A DNA stretch of 64,000 nt from Cyanobacteriota bacterium (GTDB taxonomy: Bacteria > Cyanobacteriota > Cyanobacteriia > PCC-6307 > Cyanobiaceae): the NCBI GenBank assembly GCA_046340375.1, contig JBKDSZ010000019.1, positions 318 to 64,317 on the forward strand. Direction: 5' to 3'. Positions 1 to 8,600 of this stretch are shown here, piece by piece. The notes beneath the pieces are model-generated. The model worked only from the letters and a program-made list of their open reading frames with translations, made no database searches and was not told the DNA's origin. Within the stretch, counting starts at the first letter, position 1; each line of letters begins with the position of its first letter. The translations under genes and the position numbers were made by a program.

Positions 1-480
1 GTCATATAGATCGAATCGGCACAGATTCTCGCTGGGTAACATCCTCGCTCTTCCTTGTATTGCATGGCACGTGCGATCAAGTCGTTGGCTTCATTGTAGT
101 TGTCCCAGCTGATCCGATCCACATCGACAAATCCGTTATCATCAGAAATTGAGATCTTGGCCCCGAACTCAGTTTTCTTGCCGGCCTTGCCTCTCACGAT
201 CGGTCTTACATGCGGTTTCGAATGATTGACGATCCTGTCATCGATACGCCGGCTGTCATTGTCATACATATCCGACTGCCTCCGATAGATCTTACTGGCG
301 ATCAGCAGTTTGCGGTACAGCTGTGAACCAAGCGCCGAAGCACTGAGCAGCAATAGATTATGCCGTCAATTGCCCTTAGGTTACGGCTAATCTCGTTGAG
401 CTGGTAGCGCTTCGCCTCGCGGATCTCCTCACGCTTTGGCTTCTTATTCTTGATGATAGCCAGAAATAGATTGTGAGCTT
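1..480 (-). mobile_element. Truncated and frameshifted IS5-family-like DDE transposase fragment, continues beyond the left edge
   Basis: Own translation of minus strand 1-300 gives ASKIYRRQSDMYDNDSRRIDDRIVNHSKPHVRPIVRGKAGKKTEFGAKISISDDNGFVDVDRISWDNYNEANDLIARAMQYKEERGCYPARICADSIYM... This shows the PHVRxIxRGKAxKxxEFGxK, SWDxYNE and YPxxxxAD motif order of IS5/IS1182-type transposases. The preceding part (ORF 302..502, KKPKREEIREAKRYQLNEISRNLRAI) is in another frame behind a TGA. The N-terminal part of such transposases is absent and no terminal repeat was seen. Confidence 0.55.
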
Positions 481-651
481 GCGTGCGATCTGGGTCATCC
501 ACTTGGCACGAGCAATATCTCCCAATGCCTTTGCAATGAAGGCAGCATCTCCGTCTGATTCCTGAATACAGGCCTCCAGATAGGCAACCATCTTTTCAGG
601 AGTATCCAGGAACTCGGCAACGTCATAGGGTGCCGTCTTCGTCTCCATCAA
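481..651 (-). pseudogene. 5' remnant of a HigA-type addiction-module antidote (XRE-HTH antitoxin), truncated by the IS fragment
   Basis: ORF 376..651 starts METKTAPYDVAEFLDTPEKMVAYLEACIQESDGDAAFIAKALGDIARAKWMTQIAR, typical of the addiction-module antidote family. After about residue 57 it turns into non-homologous sequence that in another frame is transposase-like. The HTH part is missing. Confidence 0.55.
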
Positions 652-680
652 TCATCCTCCCTGAAGTTACGAGCAAGATC

Positions 681-948
681 CTACGCAGTTTGAATATCTT
701 TGGCCTGGGTGCTCTTGTCACCACCGGAGAGAAGGATGACCAGCATCGTACCCCGCTGTTGAAAATAGACTCTGTAACCAGGGCCATAGTGGATCCGCAG
801 CTCAGACTCCTGCCCCAACGGGCCGAACATCGCCTGGATTGCCTCAGATGACGCGTTCAATCTGGGCCTGAATCAAAGCCTTGACCCTGAGGCCCCGAAG
901 GCCTTTGAGCCAACGCGTAAACTCCTCTATACGGCGAACTGAAACCAC
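681..948 (-). pseudogene. RelE/HigB-type addiction-module killer protein gene with an in-frame stop and a frameshift
   Basis: Own translation gives VVSVRRIEEFTRWLKGLRGLRVKALIQAQIERVI*GNPGDVRPVGAGV, then a 2-nt deletion, then ELRIHYGPGYRVYFQQRGTMLVILLSGGDKSTQAKDIQTA*. Apart from the TGA at 844-846 and the shift near 800, this matches the killer-protein pattern (GNxGDxKPVGxGVSELRIxxGPGYRVYF...GGDKSTQ). It lies directly upstream of the antidote remnant. Confidence 0.6.
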
Positions 949-1016
949 ACTGACAGTGTAGCCCCGTGGCTACGAGCAAGCAAGGGCACCGCTTGGCATT
1001 CTCAAAGTAGCGGCAC

Positions 1017-1031
1017 GATCCTCCGAACGCT
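1017..1031. repeat. Copy 1 of 15-nt word GATCCTCCGAACGCT (direct)
   Basis: Identical 15-mer recurs at 1999-2013. An inverted copy of the first 12 nt lies at 1101-1113. Confidence 0.8.
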
Positions 1032-1100
1032 CCAGATCAGTGGCGGGCAGGAGTTTAAACGGAGCTCGGGGCCAACCCGCCCCGCCCACTGCATCTGGTT

Positions 1101-1113
1101 GTTCGGAGGTATC
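1101..1113. repeat. Inverted copy (GTTCGGAGGTATC) of GATCCTCCGAAC with one inserted T
   Basis: Reverse complement of GATCCTCCGAAC is GTTCGGAGGATC; the observed sequence is GTTCGGAGGTATC. It lies 26 nt from the 3' end of ORF 1139..1945. Confidence 0.7.
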
Positions 1114-1138
1114 GAGATACCACACCACTTCGCAATTC

Positions 1139-1945
1139 TTAGCTCCCGTCGATTAATTGATCCATGGCTGCCTTGAGCTTTCGTTTCTCAATGGCAGGAT
1201 CTACCATTTGAACATATTCGACCTCCGCCAAGTCGTCGCCTCTTTTGCGATTCTGGCGAGGCTCTAGAGCTTCGACAAGGATGGCTTCAAGGGCAGGAAC
1301 AAGCTTGGATGAATCATAATTGTCGGGCATTGTGCCCAGGCTTCCAGAATCGGTAACAGGAACCAGGCCAAACCAAGAGAACCGATTCCATCTTGTGGCA
1401 AGCCTGTCTACAGTATGCTCAAATAGACGCAGACCAAGTGCCCGATCCGTTACTCGACCCACATAGATCACTTCTCGCCCATCATAAAGTAGATATATTC
1501 CACGTTGGTTATTAAAATCCACGGGTGTGGCTCCAATCTGCTGCATCCCGAGAAGTTTGGGATTTCTGCTCCATTCGACAGACTCACGTCTCCAAAACAT
1601 TCCAAAAGCTGTAAAAACTGCGTATTGCTCATCTACATCATCATCTTCAACTGGAGTGTCCTGAATTGCTTGGGCAGCGCATGGGACTTGCGCATTAGCA
1701 GATGATTCTATCGGCTTAACGGCTAGCGCATATGTGCCTTTTGCCACTCGGACATAAGGTGACTTGGATCCTTCTTTCTTAATTGACTGTGTGATTTGGG
1801 CGCTCACAGTAGCCACTGGCGTCGCACCTATGTTTTCTCTAAGCCCATCAGCCAGTATTCGATCTGTAATTTCCTTATAGTGAAGAGGGCCTGTGGATCC
1901 GGCAAGAACCTTCTGGATCGCTTTCTGCCAGGTGAGTTCTGCCAT
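1139..1945 (-). CDS. HARE-HTH domain / GIY-YIG nuclease fusion protein
   Basis: 268-aa ORF. The N-terminus (WQKAIQKVLAGSTGPLHYKEITDRILADGL...TPVATVSAQITQSIKKEG...VRVAKGTYAL) resembles HARE-HTH. The C-terminus (GIYLLYDGREVIYVGRV...LGLRLFEH...LEAILVEALEPRQNRKRG) resembles the GIY-YIG nuclease core. The context is low-GC. Confidence 0.6.
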   Translation of the reverse strand: MAELTWQKAIQKVLAGSTGPLHYKEITDRILADGLRENIGATPVATVSAQITQSIKKEGSKSPYVRVAKGTYALAVKPIESSANAQVPCAAQAIQDTPVEDDDVDEQYAVFTAFGMFWRRESVEWSRNPKLLGMQQIGATPVDFNNQRGIYLLYDGREVIYVGRVTDRALGLRLFEHTVDRLATRWNRFSWFGLVPVTDSGSLGTMPDNYDSSKLVPALEAILVEALEPRQNRKRGDDLAEVEYVQMVDPAIEKRKLKAAMDQLIDGS

Positions 1946-1998
1946 GTCTACAATCCGTCATCTCTCGCAGGATCTACTGATCATAGAAGCTATTGGCG

Positions 1999-2013
1999 GA
2001 TCCTCCGAACGCT
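1999..2013. repeat. Copy 2 of 15-nt word GATCCTCCGAACGCT (direct)
   Basis: Identical to 1017-1031. It forms an inverted pair with 1101-1113 around ORF 1139..1945. Confidence 0.8.
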
Positions 2014-2250
2014 GTATGTGCGGGTCCGGTATCCGCTCTGCTCATGCCACCGCAGCTGAGCTTGAGACGGTGAGTTGGCGCGGGACGGATCTTGCTCAGT
2101 CAAGTCGCCCCATGGCCATCCTCATCCGTTTCCACAGCGCTGGAGAGGTGGAGGGTTCAAAAATGCACCCATGTCTGCGCCCATTTCCGCCTCCCATGCC
2201 CGACCAAAAACCTATGACCCGAAAGCCAATCGGTGACAGGGTTTTTCAAA

Positions 2251-2323
2251 TGGAGCCAAGCGGACTCGAACCGCTGACCCCCTGCATGCCATGCAGGTGC
2301 TCTACCAGCTGAGCTATGGCCCC
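2251..2323 (-). tRNA. tRNA-Ala (anticodon GGC)
   Basis: Reverse complement is GGGGCCATAGCTCAGCTGGTAGAGCACCTGCATGGCATGCAGGGGGTCAGCGGTTCGAGTCCGCTTGGCTCCA. It folds as a cloverleaf with a G3:U70 pair, anticodon loop AUGGCAU and T-loop TTCGAGT. CCA is not encoded. Confidence 0.92.
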
Positions 2324-2369
2324 ATGAACGTGGCTAGCGTTGCTTGCCACTCGTTCAGCTTACACCCTC

Positions 2370-2387
2370 GGGGGGGGGAGAACCCCC
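2370..2387 (-). terminator. Short G/C hairpin downstream of lexA (possible terminator, no U tract)
   Basis: G9-AGAA-C5 (GGGGG AGAA CCCCC) lies 10-28 nt past the lexA stop and about 50 nt before the tRNA-Ala 5' end. Confidence 0.25.
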
Positions 2388-2397
2388 TTGGGCGGAG

Positions 2398-3012
2398 TCA
2401 GACCTCGCGCCAGACGGCCACCAGGCGCCCCTGGATCGTGACCTGGTCGGCAGGGACGACCAGGGGCTCATAGGCCGGATTGGCCGCTTCCAGGCGGACC
2501 TTCTTTCCCTGGCGGTGGAAATGCTTCAAGGTGGTGCCGCTGCCCGCCACCAGGGCGCTGACAATCGTGCCCTCCCGCAGCCGGCGGGGGTCGTTCACCG
2601 GCTCCAGCAACACCACGTCTCCATCGGCGATGTGGGCGTCCACCATCGAATCGCCATTGACGGTGAGGGCGAAGAGGCCGCGGGTTTCCAGCAGGGGAGT
2701 CAGATCCAGCCGCTCCCGCGTGTCCTGAAAGGCTTCGATCAGTCCACCGGCGGCCACCGCTCCCATCACAGGTATGCCCGCCAGGCTTCCATCGCCGAGG
2801 AGTTGCAGGGTGCGGGCCTGACCTTCCTGCCAGGTGAGCCAGCCCTTTTGCTGCAGATGGCGCAGGCGGCTTTGGATCGGCGCGGGCGACCGCAGGCCCA
2901 TGGCTTCCATCATCTGCCGAATGGAGGGACTGTGCCGGCGCGTGCGAATGTAGTCATTGAGCCAGTCGTACAGCTCCTGCTGGGCGGGGGTGAGGTCTTC
3001 AGGCACGGACAA
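2398..3012 (-). CDS. lexA: LexA repressor (S24 autopeptidase)
   Basis: 204 aa with an N-terminal winged HTH (SIRQMMEAMGLRSPAPIQSRLRHLQQKG). The Ala-Gly cleavage site context (VAAGGLIEAF), the catalytic Ser (NGDSM) and the Lys (TLKHF) are conserved. Confidence 0.92.
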   Translation of the reverse strand: MSVPEDLTPAQQELYDWLNDYIRTRRHSPSIRQMMEAMGLRSPAPIQSRLRHLQQKGWLTWQEGQARTLQLLGDGSLAGIPVMGAVAAGGLIEAFQDTRERLDLTPLLETRGLFALTVNGDSMVDAHIADGDVVLLEPVNDPRRLREGTIVSALVAGSGTTLKHFHRQGKKVRLEAANPAYEPLVVPADQVTIQGRLVAVWREV

Positions 3013-3028
3013 GGGGCGAGGAGGGCTT

Positions 3029-3042
3029 GGTACATGTGTACC
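3029..3042. promoter_or_regulatory. Putative LexA operator (cyanobacterial LexA box)
   Basis: Perfect 14-nt palindrome GGTACATGTGTACC, 16 nt upstream of the lexA ATG. It fits the consensus RGTACNNNDGTWCB. Confidence 0.6.
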
Positions 3043-3072
3043 GCCAAATGACGCGTTTGTCCAGTGTTTGGA

Positions 3073-4053
3073 TCAAAGTCCGCCGAGAAGTGTGGCCAGG
3101 AGGGCCTGCTGCACATGCAGGCGATTCTCCGCCTGATTGAACACCTGACTGGCGGCTCCTTCGATGACGCCCGCGCTGATCTCCTCGCCCCGATGGGCCG
3201 GCAGGCAGTGCAGCACGATCGCTCGGCTGTCCGCCTCCGACAGCAGGGCCTCGTCCAGGCACCAGCCCCGGAACGCCTCCTCTCGCCGGCTCTGTTCCTC
3301 CTCCTGTCCCATGGACGCCCAGACGTCGGTGTAGAGCTCATGGTCGCCCCGCACCGCAGCCAGCGGCTCATGCACCACCTCGATCCTGCAGCCCCCCCGC
3401 GCCAGAAGGCGCGCCTGCTCCAGCACCGACGGCTCAGGAGCAAATCCCTTCGGGCATCCGATCCGCACGTTCACCCCGAGCAGGGCGCCGCAGAGCATCA
3501 GCGAGTGGGCCACGTTGTTGCTGTCGCCCACGTAGGCCAGCGTCAGTCCCTTCAACCGATCGAGATGCAGGGTCCCGTCCTCTCCTAGAGCGAAGGACTC
3601 CGCCATCGTCAGGTAGTCAGCCAGGGCCTGGCAGGGATGCTCCAGGTCGGTCAGGGCATTGATCACCGGGATCGAGGCCCAGTGGGCGTAGTCCTCCAGC
3701 TCACTCTGGCCGAACGTTCGGATCGCCAACGCGTCCAGGTAGCGGCTCAGCACCCTCGCCGTGTCCGCCAGCGGCTCACCGCGCCCGAGCTGGGTGACCG
3801 AGGGATCGAGATCGATCGTCTGACCGCCGAGCCGCGCCATGGCCACCGTGAAGCTCACCCGCGTGCGTGTCGAAGCCTTGGTGAAAATCAGACCGAGCGT
3901 CCGGCCGGCCAGGTCGATGCGGCGGCACCCCGCCTTGAGATCAGACGCCAGCTGCAGCAGCGCCCGGGTCTGGGTGCTGTCGAGATCAGCGCAGGAAAGG
4001 TAATCCCGCCCCCCCAAATCCGCCAGGCCGTGAGGATTGCTGCCGGCAGCCAT
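3073..4053 (-). CDS. argF: Ornithine carbamoyltransferase
   Basis: 326 aa with the motifs STRTRVSF, HPCQALAD, DVWASMGQE and HCLPAHRGEE. Confidence 0.92.
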   Translation of the reverse strand: MAAGSNPHGLADLGGRDYLSCADLDSTQTRALLQLASDLKAGCRRIDLAGRTLGLIFTKASTRTRVSFTVAMARLGGQTIDLDPSVTQLGRGEPLADTARVLSRYLDALAIRTFGQSELEDYAHWASIPVINALTDLEHPCQALADYLTMAESFALGEDGTLHLDRLKGLTLAYVGDSNNVAHSLMLCGALLGVNVRIGCPKGFAPEPSVLEQARLLARGGCRIEVVHEPLAAVRGDHELYTDVWASMGQEEEQSRREEAFRGWCLDEALLSEADSRAIVLHCLPAHRGEEISAGVIEGAASQVFNQAENRLHVQQALLATLLGGL

Positions 4054-4135
4054 CGAATCAAGCCAAAGAACCCTTATGCGGGATCGGGGGGGCTGACGTC
4101 AAGGGGGCAGCGGGGAAGACGGGCTGTCTCGCGGC

Positions 4136-5194
4136 TCATGGCAGGGAGGCCAGCAGGCGCTGCCATTGCGGATCCTCGTTCCAACGATGCTCCGGGATGT
4201 TGACGCGATTCTCCTGCTGGTGAGGATTGGCTCTGTAGTTTGGGTTGTCAAATAGGAGATGAATTCTGGCGGAATCGCCAATAAATAGCTTGTGCGCATA
4301 CTGAATGGCACCGGAACCAAGCAGCACTTCACTGGCATGAGACAGCAGATAAATGACCTCGAACAATGCCATCTTCTCCGGATCAATGATGAACCAGGAT
4401 CGTTGGCTAAGTTCAGCCTGCACCCAGGTTGGCATCATGCCGAGCCTGCGGGCGGAGGTGTGGGATTCCTGCTTGCACAGCACAAACCGACCTGCACAGT
4501 TATGAATGATGGAATCAAGAGCGGCCTGATAGATGGGATTACTGTTGATTTGGCGTTTAAGATGTTCCGTAAGCGGCCTCACCATTTCAATATCATATTC
4601 CAGATTGAAAAAGCAATTTGGGGGGAGGATCAGGGAGGTAAAGTTGTAGGCCACCCCAGGCTGCATATCGAAGATCCTGTTCTGCGGCACGAAGGATCTC
4701 AGCACGGCATCAATGTTGACAGATTTGCTCAAGCTGGCACAACTGACCGCCACTCCAAGATCCTCCGTTCTCAGGCCAAGTCGATCGGCATTCTGAAGAG
4801 TTTTTTGATAAGCAAGAAGGGTGAACAAGGTCACGGAGAGATCGTGGCCAATGTTCCAACCATGATAGACAGGGCTCAGATAAACAAGCGGCTGGTCAAC
4901 GACGGTGAAGCGAGACGGCAGCTGCAGCAGGGTGTAGCACTCATCAAGCCGCCTCCAGTAGATATCATCAGGCTTCGGCATGCCGTGGATGGTGAGCCAC
5001 CAATCAATGAAACCGTTGCAGCTCGCGGAGATCTTCCCCGTCTCTTCCTCGAGCACCAGGCAAGGCGCAGGAACATGGATGTTGCGATAGTCGTTGAGCA
5101 GTTCAAGTGCCTGACAGCGACGAGGCAGCGGCTGCCACTGCGCCATGGGCTCGGAGCGCAGAAATTTAGCCGTTGTCAGTGTGGAAATGCTCAT
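4136..5194 (-). CDS. Hypothetical protein, possibly DUF563/GT61-like glycosyltransferase (low-GC orphan gene)
   Basis: The long ORF is 4136..5338; ATG 5194 (MSISTL...) is preferred because the AT-richer composition begins there. There is weak GT61-like resemblance (YHGWNIGHDLSVTLFTLL; FEVIYLLSHASEVLLGSGAIQYAHKLF). The function is not secure. Confidence 0.4.
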   Translation of the reverse strand: MSISTLTTAKFLRSEPMAQWQPLPRRCQALELLNDYRNIHVPAPCLVLEEETGKISASCNGFIDWWLTIHGMPKPDDIYWRRLDECYTLLQLPSRFTVVDQPLVYLSPVYHGWNIGHDLSVTLFTLLAYQKTLQNADRLGLRTEDLGVAVSCASLSKSVNIDAVLRSFVPQNRIFDMQPGVAYNFTSLILPPNCFFNLEYDIEMVRPLTEHLKRQINSNPIYQAALDSIIHNCAGRFVLCKQESHTSARRLGMMPTWVQAELSQRSWFIIDPEKMALFEVIYLLSHASEVLLGSGAIQYAHKLFIGDSARIHLLFDNPNYRANPHQQENRVNIPEHRWNEDPQWQRLLASLP

Positions 5195-5904
5195 GTTGCC
5201 TGGGATCGGCTGTGGGCTTGAGGCACGCCGCGAGCCAGAGAAAAGATCTGCCTGGCTGTGCTTCGTTTCGCGCCAGCAGTTTAGACCTGGCAGCGCGAGT
5301 GGGCCCTGGCGCCTCAGCGGGCCGGACCCTTGGGCCAAAGCCTTGCAGAAAGAGCGAGCTCTGTCTTGAGCCGCAGTCTGCTTCGTGCTTGAGGAGGAAG
5401 GCTACGGCAGACGCATACACAGCAACATCCCCAGCGAGAGAGTCAGATCTTTGCAAAGAGTATCCACACCTAATCCCAGCCTTCTGAATGGGAGACTGGG
5501 AGTGGTTGATCCCGCATCGAGGTTGCCGATACAGGACGAATGAAGATCAGGTCCGTGCGTTGACGGGGAAAATCCGCATGCGCAGCCGGGCAGGGCTGGC
5601 TGACCGCAGCCAGCGGCGTCACAGGTGGGGGAGCCGCAGTTCCCCGGCTGGCGACGTCCTCGCCTTCGCCGAGGCATCCGCCCCGGCCCGCCAGCACCAC
5701 GAGGATCGACTGATGGGCGGGACGGTGGCATTCGTTGGTGGCACGCCCGAGACGGTATGCACAAGCCGGGGAACCATCTCCTCCTGCTCGCTGATGGGGA
5801 GCCGTCGCAGCTGGGCATTCACTGCCGAGGAACGGATCGCTGCTGCCGACGTGAGTTGGGCAGCACCTGGAGCTGGCGGATGTCCGCCAGGAGCGTTGCA
5901 AAAC

Positions 5905-7803
5905 TCATTGATGGTGGCTGGAATCTGCCGTCACTGCGACGGCTGCGGGGGGCATCACGCTCGTGGCCAGGAGGGCCTTGAGTTCATCGCCTTCGATCAC
6001 CTCCTTCTCCAGAATTTCCTTGGAGATGGATTCCATCAACTCCCGGTTGTGGCGCAGGATCGTGAGGGCCCGCTCATGGCCGCGGTCCACAAGGCCGCGC
6101 ACCTCCCGGTCGATCGCTTCGGCGGTGGCGTCACTCACGGCCCGGCGAGGGTTGCTGGCACCGCCGAGGAAGCGACTGCCGCCCTGCTTGTCGTAGGCCA
6201 GGGGGCCGAGGGTGTCGCTCATGCCGTAAGTGCCCACCATTTGCTCGGCGATGTCGGTGGCGCGCTGCAGATCGTTCGCCGCGCCCGTGGTCACCTCCCC
6301 GAAGACCAGCTCCTCGGCGCTGCGCCCCCCCAGCAGGGTGGCGATCTGGCCTTCCAGATCGTCTTTGGAATTCAAGAAGCGCTCCTCGGTCGGAAGTTGC
6401 AGGGTGTAGCCAAGGGCGGCCATGCCCCGGGGAACGATGGATATCTTCGCCACTTTGCTGCCGCCGGGCATCAGGTGCCCGACGATCGCATGTCCCACTT
6501 CGTGATAAGCCACCACCTTCTTCTCATCGGGCTGGAGCACACGGCTCTTCTTCTCCAGGCCTGCCACCACCCGTTCGATGGCCTCATTGAGATCCGCTTG
6601 CTCCACGCTCGTTCGATAGGCTCGGGCGGCGAGCAAAGCTGCCTCGTTGACGAGGTTGGCGAGATCAGCGCCAGCGAAACCACTGGTGGCCTGGGCAATG
6701 CGATCGAGATCCACATCCGCAGACAACTTCACTTTCTTAGCATAAATATCAAGAATTGTAAGACGCCCGGAGAGATCGGGCCGGTCCACCAGCACCTGCC
6801 TGTCGAAGCGACCGGGGCGCAGGAGGGCGGGATCCAGGGTTTCCGGCTGGTTGGTGGCCGCCAGGACAATCACCGGCTTGTCCTTGGCCGTGAAGCCATC
6901 CATTTCGGTGAGCAGCTGGTTGAGGGTCTGCTCCCGTTCGTCGTTGCCGCCGACAACGCCCATCGAGCCAGCGCGGCTCTTGCCGATGGCATCGAGTTCA
7001 TCAATGAAGATGATGCAGGGCGCCTTTTTCTTCGCCTCCTCAAACAGATCGCGCACCCGGGCCGCGCCGGCACCCACGAACAGCTCCACGAATTCCGAAC
7101 CGGAAATGATGAAGAAGGGCACGCTGGCCTCGCCGGCCACAGCCTTGGACAGCAGGGTCTTGCCCGTGCCAGGAGGACCCACCAGCAGGACGCCCTTGGG
7201 AATGCGGGCGCCGATGGCGAGATAGCGCTCAGGCGTTTTCAGGAAATCCACGATCTCCGTCAGCTCCGCCTTGGCCTCATCCACCCCGGCCACATCAGCA
7301 AAGGTGACGCGGGATTCCTCATCGGGCACGTAGACCTTCGCCTTGCTCTTGGTGAAGCTGAGGGCTCCCTGAGCGCCGCCCATCTGCCGGCGGGCGAAGA
7401 ACTGCAACACCAGGATGAAGATCAGCGGCGGCACCACCCAACTCAGCAGGGTGGTGAAGAAATTGGGCTTGGCGGGCGGCGCCGCAGCGAATTCCACCCC
7501 GTGCTTCTCCAGTCGCTGGGGCAGCTCCATGTCAAAGATCGGTGTCGTCGCCAGCACCGTGGGCGCCCCCTCCACAGGAGGCGCCTTGAGCTCATAGCGG
7601 ATCTGGTCTGCGGTGATGTAGGCCCGCTGGACGTTGTCGGCGTCCACCTGACCGATGAAGAGCGAATAGGGGACGCGCGGCACCTGGCTGACGGGATTGG
7701 TCAGCACATTGCTGAGCAGAAACAGCGCTCCAAGACCGATCAGGAGCAAATTGATCAGGCCGAAACGCCGCGACGGGCGGTTGTCATCCTGGCGAAGGGC
7801 CAT
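5905..7803 (-). CDS. ftsH: ATP-dependent zinc metalloprotease FtsH
   Basis: Walker A GPPGTGKT, Walker B IIFIDELD, the SRH region and the zinc site HEVGHA are present, with N-terminal TM segments. The start is either ATG 7803 (MALRQDD) or 7842. Confidence 0.93.
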   Translation of the reverse strand: MALRQDDNRPSRRFGLINLLLIGLGALFLLSNVLTNPVSQVPRVPYSLFIGQVDADNVQRAYITADQIRYELKAPPVEGAPTVLATTPIFDMELPQRLEKHGVEFAAAPPAKPNFFTTLLSWVVPPLIFILVLQFFARRQMGGAQGALSFTKSKAKVYVPDEESRVTFADVAGVDEAKAELTEIVDFLKTPERYLAIGARIPKGVLLVGPPGTGKTLLSKAVAGEASVPFFIISGSEFVELFVGAGAARVRDLFEEAKKKAPCIIFIDELDAIGKSRAGSMGVVGGNDEREQTLNQLLTEMDGFTAKDKPVIVLAATNQPETLDPALLRPGRFDRQVLVDRPDLSGRLTILDIYAKKVKLSADVDLDRIAQATSGFAGADLANLVNEAALLAARAYRTSVEQADLNEAIERVVAGLEKKSRVLQPDEKKVVAYHEVGHAIVGHLMPGGSKVAKISIVPRGMAALGYTLQLPTEERFLNSKDDLEGQIATLLGGRSAEELVFGEVTTGAANDLQRATDIAEQMVGTYGMSDTLGPLAYDKQGGSRFLGGASNPRRAVSDATAEAIDREVRGLVDRGHERALTILRHNRELMESISKEILEKEVIEGDELKALLATSVMPPAAVAVTADSSHHQ

Positions 7804-7895
7804 GCGGCGGTGGTCACGGGATGGGACCAAGCTAGGCAACACCGCTTCCGCCCGCTCTTCCCTGCGGGCAGGAGAACCGAACGCCCCTCCCCGCG

Positions 7896-8600
7896 ATGTG
7901 CGGCCGCTACTCCCTCACCACGCCGATCGATCAGCTCCTGGGGCGCCTGAAGGGCCCCCTCCCTCCCGGCCTGGTGGAGCACTATCTGCCCCGCCCCCAG
8001 GTTCGCCCCGGGGAACCGCTCCTTCTTCAGCGGCAGGAGCACGGCCGGCTGGAGGTGGGCCTGGCCCTCTGGGGCCTGCTGCCGGCATGGAGCCAGGACC
8101 CCCTGGGGAGGCGGCGGCCGATCAATGCCCGCGCCGAAACCGTGGCGGAGAAGGCCTCCTTCCGCGGTCCCTGGCGCCACCGCCGCGCCCTGGTGCCGGC
8201 CGATGGCTTCTACGAATGGCAGAACCGCACCGATCCGGCGACGGGCCGCCCCTGGAAGCAACCCTGGTTGTTCCGCCATCGCGGCCGGGAACCCTTCTGG
8301 CTGGCAGGCCTCTGGGACCGGTGGGTGGGTCCGGATGGCAGCGAGGTGGAAACCTGCTGCCTGCTCACCTGCGCCCCCAACCTCCTGCTGGCGCGGGTGC
8401 ATGACCGCATGCCGGTGGTGATCCCCACCGGGTTGGAGGAACCTTGGCTGGAACCCCGCGATGGCCCGGGCCTGCGGGCCCTGGAGCCCCTGCTCCAGCC
8501 CTGGGATCCGGCGGGCTGGGAAGCGGTGCGCCTGGAGCCGGGCAGCCTGCGGCCCCTGCTAGACCAAAACCATCCGCCAGGTGCAATCGGTGAGCCTTGA
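7896..8600 (+). CDS. SOS-response-associated peptidase (SRAP/YedK, abasic-site processing protein)
   Basis: Begins MCGRYSL with the catalytic Cys2. Family-typical stretches NARAETV, ADGFYEW and HDRMPVV are present. Confidence 0.85.
   Translation: MCGRYSLTTPIDQLLGRLKGPLPPGLVEHYLPRPQVRPGEPLLLQRQEHGRLEVGLALWGLLPAWSQDPLGRRRPINARAETVAEKASFRGPWRHRRALVPADGFYEWQNRTDPATGRPWKQPWLFRHRGREPFWLAGLWDRWVGPDGSEVETCCLLTCAPNLLLARVHDRMPVVIPTGLEEPWLEPRDGPGLRALEPLLQPWDPAGWEAVRLEPGSLRPLLDQNHPPGAIGEP

Noticed and set aside
1893-2312. 139-aa plus-strand ORF
   Set aside because: It runs through the tRNA-Ala gene on the opposite strand and has no protein-like features.
3064-3090. CAAAGTCCGCC string reminiscent of the RNase P RNA GGAAAGUCCGGGC element
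   Set aside because: It lies inside the argF 3' coding end, and none of the other RNase P conserved regions are nearby.
5488-7950. 820-aa plus-strand ORF
   Set aside because: It is entirely antisense to the unmistakable ftsH gene. The translation is rich in Arg, Gly, Ala and His with no motifs, typical of a GC-rich shadow ORF.
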